A program made the position numbers and the translations under genes. Under the pieces are notes generated by a model. That model saw only the letters and a list, made by a program, of their open reading frames with translations. It did no database searches and had not been told where the DNA came from. A stretch of 64,000 nucleotides of DNA from Balanoglossus misakiensis (Eukaryota; Animalia; Hemichordata): NCBI GenBank assembly GCA_040954595.2, contig CM082578.2, positions 835,740 through 899,739 on the forward strand. Direction: 5' to 3'. This document shows positions 26,901 to 38,700 of the stretch, in pieces (positions within the stretch are counted from its first letter, which is position 1; each line of letters starts with the position of its first letter).

Positions 26901-29737
26901 TTATCTTATTTGGGGTGCCCCCGATGCCTGCACATGTACATACTTCGTACTGTATTACGTTCGCTTCTGCTTTTAATCTCGTTTGAAATGCCGTTTTCTT
27001 CGTGTATACGTTTGCATTTGTGCCTAATCTTGAAATGTTTTTGGGCTCACGTGATAAAACCGCGATTATTTGACCCTTTTTGTGAGATTTTTATTATGTG
27101 TTGTATTCTTTGGGTTCATTGTGTTTTACTGATAAGGGTTTTCCTTCATGTCTACGTGATGCTAAGATGCTCTATGTGAATCGGTCTGGGCGGGGTTCAT
27201 CGGTACGCTCATTTTGCGCAAGGCAATCTGCGCCACTCAACTAATATTTCTCTATGAACTGGTTGACATGTAGGATGAGTCGGTAGAAGGGAAAATAAAC
27301 TTATAAGACCGTTTCATTTTATAAGCAGTCTCATTTAGAATGATGTCCCATCGGATGCAATACTTATGCTAAAAGTATACCTACTGGCACAGAAATTTAA
27401 GTTCAACTAAGACTTCATCGTCACATTCGACCGAGTTAAAACATAAATAATCACTGTGGACAAATACTGTGGAAGTTATATCTCACGGTGGTATTTCCTC
27501 CCGAGTAGAATGGTTAAAAGCACTAATAGCTCGATAATCGGAGTGAGAAAAACGAACAACATTTACACCTGTTTTCAGTTATTGCCTTGTTCGTTTTATC
27601 ACAGACAATTTGACTACTAGTATTTTTCTGTGGTTTTATTCCATGAGAGTAGCGTGTTGACTGAAGAACTTGTGGAGATCATTATTGCCTACATTTGTGA
27701 ACTCTGTTATAGCGCTCAACAGAAACAAATTTTAAAACCTTGTTGACTGACATCTTAGTTGACAACCTTTTGCTTTCCCAAGTTGTAGGCCTACTCCATA
27801 TATGATATTCATTTTGCAGTTTTTTCTCGAACAACTTCCTACCGATAAGGTCGTCACCCGGTGACCAGCACACAGACTTGTACACCGTAACGCCATTCAA
27901 GGCCGTGATGTCGGGCGAGACTTAAAGTTATCAGAAATTGATTAAGTTCGTGGTTACAACAACTCACACATATTCATAATTATAGGCCAATGTACCGAAA
28001 TATCGTACGTTCGTTCAGTGCAGCACTCAAATGATATAGTTTTATAATAGGTCTGGTATGTTAGTCTTGCCAGTTCGCGTTCTTATTGCCGAAAGTTGGG
28101 TCATTTAGCTCGCTATCATCAACGGTGTAGTATGGTAATGTGGTGATAGGACGACGATGTAATAAGGGGTCAAAGGTGGAAGATCCTCGGAATCTGACGA
28201 AAGATGGGTGAGGGACGATCGTTTAGGGTAGCCTCGATTTCGTTGAGGACCGTCTGTAGCTCATCAACAGACACGAAGCGTCGACCTAGAACTTTTCTGT
28301 GAGATATTTTAGTGGGGAGCGCGTTTTGGTATAAAACACCATTCTACGCGGCAATTTGCATACAATTAGTGTTAAACACACCTGTTCTCGCACGTTTAGT
28401 ACAGGGTAAAGGTCACTTGCCCGTCGGACAAAAGACTTTTATTTTTCACTTGTCCGGGCTGTCCGATCTTCTCTATGTCATGATGCAGTTCCCAAAGAAG
28501 TACCAAAGGCAACAGTGGCAGTCACTGACTGCACACTTTGACAAATTTCACACGAAAACACAGATTAAAGCTGCAGTTGTTGCAACGTTTTTCGATCCCG
28601 TCACCAAGAAACGGATTTTTGTCATCCATGGCACCCAGCCACTTGCCAGAACCCTTGAAGCAAACGTTTCAACATTTCTGACTGTACCAGCGCATCCTAG
28701 TGATGATAATGATCAACAACCCCCAGAAAGCGTACTGCCAGATCTAAGAAACCACCATAAGAAGAAGCTCTCTTCGTTCACTTACTATGATGTAAGAGAA
28801 CTTTTACCAGCATTGGTAAAATGCACCACAAATCGTGCCCAACCTTTGTGGGACAGACCAGACATGAAGCCAGTATGGTGGCCAGCCGAAACACCGTACT
28901 GCAACCCCAGTCGGCCCGGTAAAGTGGTTGCTTCAACGTCTTCGTGGGTCACGCGCATGAAAGACGTTGCTAAGTCATGTTACCAGTATTATGGACAGGT
29001 CGAGTTGACAGGTACGTACCATTTAAACGGTTATTTAATTAGAATGGTGAAAGTTTGCTAGACATTACTCCTGAGAATGTATAGATTCAGCAATAAACAA
29101 AATCATCCGTTTTACACGAGCTATACATTCTTTTGAGATGAAGGCCTTGAAAACGAACATCGACTGACAAAGTTTAATTAACCACAGTACCGAAAATGAC
29201 GTTTTTTTTGTTAAAAGTGGTTTTTAATTTTGTTCAGCTGGTCTCTTGGTAAGTACTTCTCTGCAAAACAGTGAGAATATTTTGGCTTACTAAACTTGTT
29301 CTCACTTTTTCACAGGCGATGATGAAGACAGTAGGCCTACTGATTGTCCGACTGGTGAGGGTGCAGCGGTTACCCGAGACCCACAACTTGAAAGCGATAT
29401 TGCCCAATTTTTCTCAGGCAATAATGAAGTCAGTAGGCCAACTGATTGTCCGACTGGTGAGGGTGCAACCCAATATCCACAACCTGAAAACGATATTGCT
29501 GGGCATTCTATTATAGGTAAGCGTGTCTTTTATTGCAACTATAATGTAGATCGTGAAGAGTCATAGTCTACAAGGTAAATGTTTTTAGCCTTGACTGTAA
29601 AAAAGAAAATGTAAAAATCATACACCAGGGTCCAGTACATACATTTTTGTTCTATTCGCATCATACAGTAAAATTATTCGTGCAGATTCAAATTCGAAGT
29701 AAATTCCTCGATATCATCACTTGTTGCGCTTTTCTTG

Positions 29738-29768
<31 letters not shown>

Positions 29769-32700
29769 TGCGATGCATCGTACGTGTCATGTGAGACACT
29801 GTCGGGAGTTTGGACTTGGGTTTGTCGTGTCGAATTCACCTATGTCAAATTTATAAGCCACAGTCCCTCAAGAAAGACGGTCGGGAATCGCCCATTGTTC
29901 GGACGTGCGAATGAGGGGATTAGCTGTAGGATGCGCATTATGGTCACGTGACCACCTTAGAGTTGCGTTTTTTCCCCTTGGAAGCAAGCGGCAGTCGCCC
30001 TACTATCTATGATTTTCCCGATATGTTAGTTATGTTTGTGGAGGAACTGTGTATAAGCCAACTGACATCATTTTGTAGGTTTATATGATTCCGCTGGCAA
30101 TTTTCAGGATCTAATACATTTGAATGCACCATACGATACGTGGCAATTTTATATTGAGTGTGCTCCGAGAAAAGTAACAGCGCAAAAATAGAGGACAGCG
30201 CGACATTGCACATTTATACGATATCGGATATTTATCGTCTAGTATCGTCTAAAACATTAAACTAGACTGTACTTTAACAACAACTTTGCCTGCTTCCCGA
30301 CTATGTCGGACCTCAAAAATATCCGATAGTATCGATACTATCGATACTAGAGTCTAGTATCGTCTAAAACGTTAAAGTAGACTGCACTTTAACAACAACT
30401 TTGCCTGCTTCCCGACTATGTCGGACCTCAAAAATATCCGATAGTATCGATACTATCGATACTAGAGTCTAGTATCGTCTAAAACGTTAAAGTAGACTGC
30501 ACTTTAACAACAACTTTGCCTGCTTCCCGACTATGTCGGACCTCAAAAATATCCGATAGTATCGATACTATCGATACTAGAGTCTAGTATCGTCTAAAAC
30601 GTTAAAGTAGACTGTACTTAAACAACAACTTTCAATACTAGACGATACGTGGTGTACTGACCTCTTGAGCCGTCAGTGTGGATTTTGTGTTTTTAACGTT
30701 TGGCATTTTCAGTCATGTGTATGTGTACATTTACCCAATTTAGTTCTACAATATTTACAAAGGTCATTTTCATCTTTTCTCTATAAAGGCACAAACACAG
30801 AAGTTGGAGCAGTGCTATCATTCATACAGCATGAATCAGATCCTCACTACCTCACACAAGATCTGAGTACAATAAATTTTGAGGATCTTGGTAAGAAATA
30901 TCCCTATTACAATGTATTACTTTCTTTATCACAGTGAAACCTCTCCAAGTTCTATGTTTAACCTCGACCATGTGGTGGAGTGATCGTGATTTAATATGTC
31001 TTAGCAAACTTAAATATACTTAAATATACTTAAACAACAAGCCAACCAACAGGGGAAAACGGGTTGTAACTGGAGAGATACAGACTGAATTTCTTGCTTA
31101 CAATCCTTTAATCAAAACAATCACTCTTTATCTGTCCATTCAGTATTTATCTCTCCTGTTACAAGCAGTTTGTTCCACTCTGGTCAGTTTGATTGCTATC
31201 ATTGTCATTATGAATTTTGCAATTACTTAAGCAATAAAACACCCCCAGCCATGGTATACCACGAGATTTTTGACCAGTTCACGACATATACGCACGAGCG
31301 ATAGCGAGTGCGTATATGGAGTTGAACTGGTCAAAATCGAGTGGTATACCATGGCTGGGGTGTTTTATTGCTATTATATTATGCCAGTATATTGAAACTT
31401 TGCATATAACATTTTAAAAAGGCATTTTCTTTGACTATGATATATGACTGTGGTATATGGCTAATATATCACGGTCACGTGTCGTGTCTCGACCAATCAA
31501 ATAGCGTGATTTACACCATCAATATACGGTATAATATAATAATTATTTAATAATAATGGTGTTAATGATTTTGTATTTGAATACACATAGTCATTTAAAT
31601 GTGACTAGGACAATTATTATAGTTTAACCTTTGTTCAGTGGTTGTTTTATGTACTTCTTGTATGGAGAGAGGGATACCTCAGTGTTAAAAAATACCAAAT
31701 TTTGCTATGTGTCTGTAAAAAGGGGTAAAAGCCATTATGTAGTCAATAGGTTTTTAATTTTTATGTTTTACCTGTGTTCTGATGACTTAAGTAAAACTAT
31801 TGAATAATGTCAACCAATACACTTCTATATTTCATTTTCTTTTCAGGTTCACATCCCATTCACCCATCACCCCAGCCAGCAACTCCATCAGCCAACAGTT
31901 CCATCAACACAAGTGCAGAATTATCACCAGTGTCTTACACACTACCACAGCAACAGCCAGCAGCACAAATCCAACAGCCAGAATCACCACCAGCAGCACA
32001 AATCCAACAGCCAGAATCACCACCAGCAGCACAAATCCAACAGCCAGAATCACCACCAGCAGCACAAATCCAACAGCCAGAATCACCACCAGCAGCACAA
32101 ACCCAACAACCAGCATCACTACCGCCACGCCGCAGTCAACGGTCAGGAAGGAAGACCAGAAAAGTTCAAGATGATGAAGAACTGCAACAAGAGCTGGCAA
32201 CCCTGAAGAAACTCCACCAAATGAAGAAATCAGGGGACCTTCTTGACCTGGTGCTCAGTTGCCCAATTCCCAAAAAAAGCGTCGGACAAACCCATTCCAT
32301 CTAGTGGCCCTAAAAAGACAAAATCCCACTGAGTACAACAGATTATTAACTGCATTTGAAGCATCAGAAGTTAGTGTGAATGTGGTTCTCCAGTTCATGC
32401 ACCAGCACATAAAACAGTTCAAGAACCTGCAAATCGATCATGCAGAACAAGTTTTGGGCTTCATTTGTCAAAAACTCAACTTATGAGTTGATATTTTCAT
32501 TGTCTTTTAACTCTTTTTCCCATTCTTGTCTTTCTGTGTTAATTAATGTACATTTCAAAACGCAGTTATCAATCTGTTGTATTCTGCGGGATTTTGTCTT
32601 TTTAGCTGGGAAAATGGGAATTTGGTCAAAACTCGGTAACTTAATTATTGGTCAGATTGCTTTGCAAAGTGGTGTGTACTTTATTGAGACATCATATAGA

Positions 32701-35700
32701 TTTTTTTGTGGTGATATCATAAAATGACTAATTTTGGTGAATTTTTTATCTTTTTCCCAAAATCTTCTTTTACAAAAAAACTTTTCAAATTCACAACAAA
32801 AATCATTTGAGGGTGTGTAGAGGTTTTTCATTTTTTTTTTTTTTGAATCATGGTAAGAATTCAATAGTATATTTTGGGGTGATTTTTGCCATTTTTGGTC
32901 CAAACTCTCAGAACCCTCTACCCCCATTGCTTTTAAATTTGATTTGCAGGTTACCAGGTGTGTTCTCATAATGATTTACAAAATCTATGATGAAAGTGTC
33001 AATATTTTGTGGGGGCAATATCTTGTATTTATGGTGCATACTTTCCAATTTTGATTTGAAAAAACTATATTTCTCAAAGTGTTGGGCTGATTACAAATGT
33101 ACTTTAGAATTTAAGTTGTGAGTTAATGGGATGGGGTTCTTTAAAATTGTAATGGAATCAAATCGTAGGTATTTCGGAATTTGGCTGTTCTATTTGGTGT
33201 ATGTACAGTACACGTGCCATTAGCAGCTTATGGGTCAGTGTTTGCCCATTGATCTCTCTCTATGTGTGTGTGTGTCTGTCTGTCTATGTACTTCAGTGTA
33301 GACTTTTTCTTGATTAATCCCTAAATGGGACCAGTGTCCTTGACGCTGTTTTTGACAGTTATCTTTGAGTAGTGATTGTTTTTGACAAATATGAACGGTA
33401 TATTAAAATAACACTAAAGTCCACCTCGGGTGTGTGGTGTACTTCTTTATTCAATTTTATATACATGTGTGCCTGTGTAATGATTTGTGCATTTCTTCTT
33501 TATTAACAAGTTTATCGGTGTACGGTAGTTCTCTTTTTTAAGGATGTGGTGGCCCTGAGAAGGGCCGTTTGGTATGTGTATGCAGAGCATACGTCTCTGA
33601 GACGCTAAAAAACTTCCATGAAAACACCTCCGTAGTTGTCCTCTGATGACTGAATTTCTTCTTTAGTACCCTGCGAACACACCTCCTATACATTCCATCT
33701 CCCCATAGATGTATATGGCTGGTCTACATTCTCATTCTGATAACAAAATGGAAATTCGACACGTCAGTAACAAATACAATAAACTGTAAAACACCACTTT
33801 CTCTTATGCATCTTGTTTTGTTTTGTCAGCACAGCAGCAATGTAAAACCATGCAGCAAGAATTTTACTGATACAGATGATAAAGCATCATGTTAAAGTTA
33901 TCTTTTACCGTTTTCATCAGCACAGTTATAAAATCGCATGATTCCAAGCATCTCATGTCTTTGGGAATATGGGTCATCTTGTTACCTCGTGTAACACATC
34001 ATCCATGGATTTGCCCTCTTCATTATGGACAGTTTGTCAGTACTTCTCAAAAACTGAAACAAAATAACAGACAGACTTTATATGACGGCAGTCATGGGGA
34101 GTGACTGTGATGATGGTCTACCGTTCATAAATCTGGAAAAATATAGTTTTTGTTTTCTTGAAGTGTCTAATGCTGCAGTCACACAATCAACTGAAACAGT
34201 CAGAGAATTAATTAATAGTATTCTGTGTAATGTAAGTTGACCACAATGAAAGCAAGAATGGTCCTAAATCAATATAAATCCAGATGGTTTCAGCTATAAC
34301 TCATTTGAAAAAATGTCCGAGCTAGACAGTTAAAGTGCGGTTTTCAGAACAAACAAAAGACCTTATACTTTATATCAGTCATTGCTTTCTGTTCAATTAA
34401 ATAGAAAAATCGGAAAAACAAACTTATCTATTTTAAAACCTTGAACTACAAGTAGTTCAGGTGACTTTTCTTCTTTTGATTCCAGATTGCAAGGAACAGT
34501 CTGACATGGAAGATGAAATTATCTGGGGTCATATAAGATACTTGTGCCTTAATTTTCTGTAATGCTGCATTGCTCTGCTCACAGATCTGGGTATTTATGT
34601 TGGCCAAACTTCTGTTGTCCTTGTACTGTTGCAGGCTATAACCTGATGAACAACTGATCAGTAAAATATAAAAGAAGATTCTTCTGTGAAAATTTTAACA
34701 GTATAAAACATAAACAATTTTTTCAGACAAATTGATATCGTTCCTTAGAAAATTGACACACATGCCCTGAATACATTTCAGATACCTGATTAACAGAGCT
34801 TATGAGCCAGTCAGAAGTTGTAATTTGAGCAAACCTGTTTATGTCACCAGTCCGGGTTATGTCTCTGAGTGGAATAATAGAATTGACCAATCGGTGATTG
34901 CCATTGTGAAATTTGATTTTATCAGAGCAAAATCCTTTCCCTGTCTCCTACCTCCTAACTGACTCCAAATATGATGTGGTTAACTGGTCGTATACTTCTT
35001 AGCTGTTCCAGTCAACTAAGCTCTGCAATTGCCAAACATAGATGATTTGAAAAATATTCTTTTGAGCTTTTTAATCTGATACTCACCCAATGTGGTTTTT
35101 CCAATGGAGACGATCCACTAAGAAAACTGTCTTCATGAAATAGTTTGGTTCTCTGAAGAAAGACAAAAAATCACTTCATTAGTTCTAATCTTTATATTCT
35201 TGCTGAAAGGAGTAAGCAACGTCAATTCATCAAATTCTTGATTTTTTTTTTTGGGGGGGGGGGGGGGTAAAACACAAAATTAACCATATGACAAGCTGAC
35301 ATCTCAATATGAAAAAATTGTAACAAAGTGGCTGCCAGACCACCATCTTGGATCATATCGCAAAAAAAAATGAGTTAAAGGCAAGGGTGGGCAAGCATAA
35401 TTGAGCATAAAATAAAGCTTAGCCACCCTTCTCTTAAGTTTAACAGAAGTGTGGTAATCACATTAACATACAAAACAGTATATCAAGGTTGAAATAAGAC
35501 TTACCGATTTAAACAGTACTGATGCAGCCGACATGCATTGTCATATATGACAATGGCTGGAGGTTGTCTTAGTCTTGTTGTCATAATGTTGAATGGCACT
35601 TCGGGTGACTCCACTTGCCTCATAGCCTGGAAGCCATAGCAGAACCCATGTTGACAGAACACAGTGAAAATGCCAGGTGATAACGTAGGGTGTTTGTTGG

Positions 35701-38700
35701 AGATCTTTTGGCAAGTGTCATCACCATGTGCAAGTCTGTCTTTGTCTTGCCGGTACAGAGGTTTCCTATTAAATGAAAAGTGAAAGCATGATAACTAAGA
35801 GAATGGCAATGGCATGCATAGCACATGGGTACATAAACTTCCATTTTGAATACATATAAACATGTATACAGAAAGGTATGTCTAAGTGGGAAATGAAAAT
35901 TCACAAAAGTAATGAAAATAATGCAAAAAGTGGCAGCTCTAGAGGCTTAAGACAGACTTCAATTAACTTTCAAGTTACAGTGAGATATCCTTACCCATGA
36001 AGCTTTGGTAGGCAAGGGAAGCAAGCTACAGGGTCTTCTATTGGATCTGGATATTGCACAGTACTATCAGGTCCCTGGTTACATACTTTGTATGAGCTCC
36101 TCACTCGTAACAACACATCTCTAAGAAGGCGACGCACTTCTCTTGGGATACCATGAGGATTGTGCCCGAAATGTGACAGCAATTTGAAAATAAGAGGAGC
36201 ATCTTGCTGTACAATTTCAAGTTCCCCTTGATGTCTGCTGTCAAATATATCGAGTCCGTGTATTATTTTCTTGATGACATGTTTAGCCTGTGAATCTGGG
36301 GTCAATTGCAGAAGAGCACTTGCAGGCGAGTTTTTTGACAAATCTTGAAGAAATTGGCAGAACTCCTTTGGGGCTAGCAGATTTCTTCCGTGTCCACTGA
36401 CGAGTTGGAGAAATTCCATAAGCGAATGGAGGTGACTGTACTTTCTCATCAAATTAATCATCACTGTGTACTCAAGGGGTGTAAGTGGTTTCTCAGCTGG
36501 CTTGTTGGTACTACAAAACTGTAATAACAGTTTCCTGACCTTGGCATTTGGTATATACACTCGGTCACAGTGACGTGTACCAATATCCAAAGGCTGGCCT
36601 TGGTCACGTGATGCCCTCTCTGGGTCTGGAAGTTCTTGCAAGAGGCGTTTGTTCAGTCCTACACTCGTACCATCACATATCAGAACAGAAGGCTGCAGCT
36701 CACATATAGGGCATTGGTATACAGTGCCATAATTTATGTCCAATAGCCTTGCAAATGCATTCCAGGCATTCCTAAGTTTGTGGTATTTCAAAGAAACAGA
36801 CTCTGATAACATAGCATGTTTTTCAGAGTAGGCCCTATTTAAGAACAGAAAGAAAGATTAATGTCAGGTGATTGCCAGGAGTGAAAGAAAGTTTATAATG
36901 TTTATCTGTTGTAACATTTTTATACTGTACCTTCTCTGATAAGAGCCCCCAAATTAATGGGGGGTGGGGGTGAAAAGAATACAACCTGGTACATCAAGAA
37001 ATGTGTTTTTGGTGGGCTTCCTAATCACCCTGTAAATTATATCATGGGAAAAATGGCGCTCTTGAGCATGTGACAGGTCTAAACAATTATCGGACTGGTA
37101 AAAGCAACAATGAACTTTTGAAATTTGATGACTGACTATATGGGTAACAGCCTTCCCTAGAGAATATTTAGACAAAAATTTTGCTTACCACCCCTTCGTT
37201 CAAGTATTAATGGGTAATTTCAGTATTGATCTTTCCTTGCTGAGCTACCAAATACATAAGTTCCCTAGTCAATGATTATATTTTTAGAAATACAAAGTAT
37301 ATGTACTTACCTATGGAAAGATGCCAACGGATTTCTGGACTCTACCATCAAATGAAGGTAGGAGAGTAATAAACTGTAGTGAATAATGTCCTTGTTGTTC
37401 AGATTAAACATCAAATCTCCATGCCCATCATAATGCAACCTGCACATACATGGACCAACACTTGGACGATAGTACACTGCAAGGAAAATAATGACTATGT
37501 TAATATAATTACCAATACATGTAGGAGATCATTAGATAAGTGGGATGGAAGTTGCGTGTGGTCGAACGGTGATTCACTATATAGCCATATGTAGAATAAT
37601 ATTCACGGTGTCTTGTATCAATCAAACATTTTAATGGAAAAATGGCAGTGATCCAATGCAACCTTAAACCAATGGTACAGTAAATAAGGTTAACTTACCC
37701 TTGATAGTTTGTTCCTCTCCTTCTACATAAACATGCTGAAGTGAATGTGTCTCATAATACACAATGGCATCTCCAACAAGCCAATGTTGTTGTACAGGGT
37801 CATCAACATCCCATGCATGTCCATGTTGACAGGTAGAATGGGGGCCAGCACTTGGTATCTCGGGAATTAGATTATGCTGTACAGGCTGTTCTCCACTTTG
37901 TTGTTGTTGAAACTTTACCTTCAGAGAGTCATCAAGAGGGTATGAGATTGGCTTAAATGACACGCTTGGGAAAGTACTTTCTTTCAAAGTGCGTTCAGTT
38001 TCTTGAATCTCAACCTCATTTTGTCCATACCATATTCGGTATTCTTCAACATGGTCACATGTGGTTCTACCATATGCGCAGGTCTCACAGCTAAGTTTTT
38101 TACCAACATGTTTGTTCCTCAGAGATATTATATGTGTGTCTTCACCTATGGTAACACTAGTCAGGAACGGATTCAATGACAGGCAATCAACAATGACTGA
38201 TGTGTCTGCAGAGTTGGGGTCCACTTCAACAGGTACATCAGGAAAAAGTTCACTTGCTGCCCAGGCATGAAGACAGTATTTATTTTTTTCAGTTGTGATG
38301 AACTCATCAAAGTTTTCTGGTATCCCACGCTGAGATGAGGATAATCTGGCTGCTTGGATTAACCCATCCTGACATGAACATGTATACAGGAACTCCTGAG
38401 ACGTACTCTGCACACTGTAAAATCGCAGGTTACGTTTGACAATAACGTGCTGTGATATCAACTGCCCAGTCTCAATTTCACAATCTGACAATACATATGT
38501 ATTGCCAGATGATAGCTCCCACTTTCTGTTCTGGGCTTGTAACTGATGCAGGTATTCTTCCCTTGCGTTATTGCCAATTGTACCAACTACTGAAGATATT
38601 CTGAAGAGAAACAAACAAAACTTGGTCACATATAAACATTTATGTTCACTGATTCCTCTAAAAAAGTATCTATTGTTTTGAAAGAGCATATCAATAACTA

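Noticed and set aside
33640-33660. CTGATGA as a hammerhead ribozyme core (also other sites)
   Set aside because: No stem II plus GAAA arrangement or flanking helices found.
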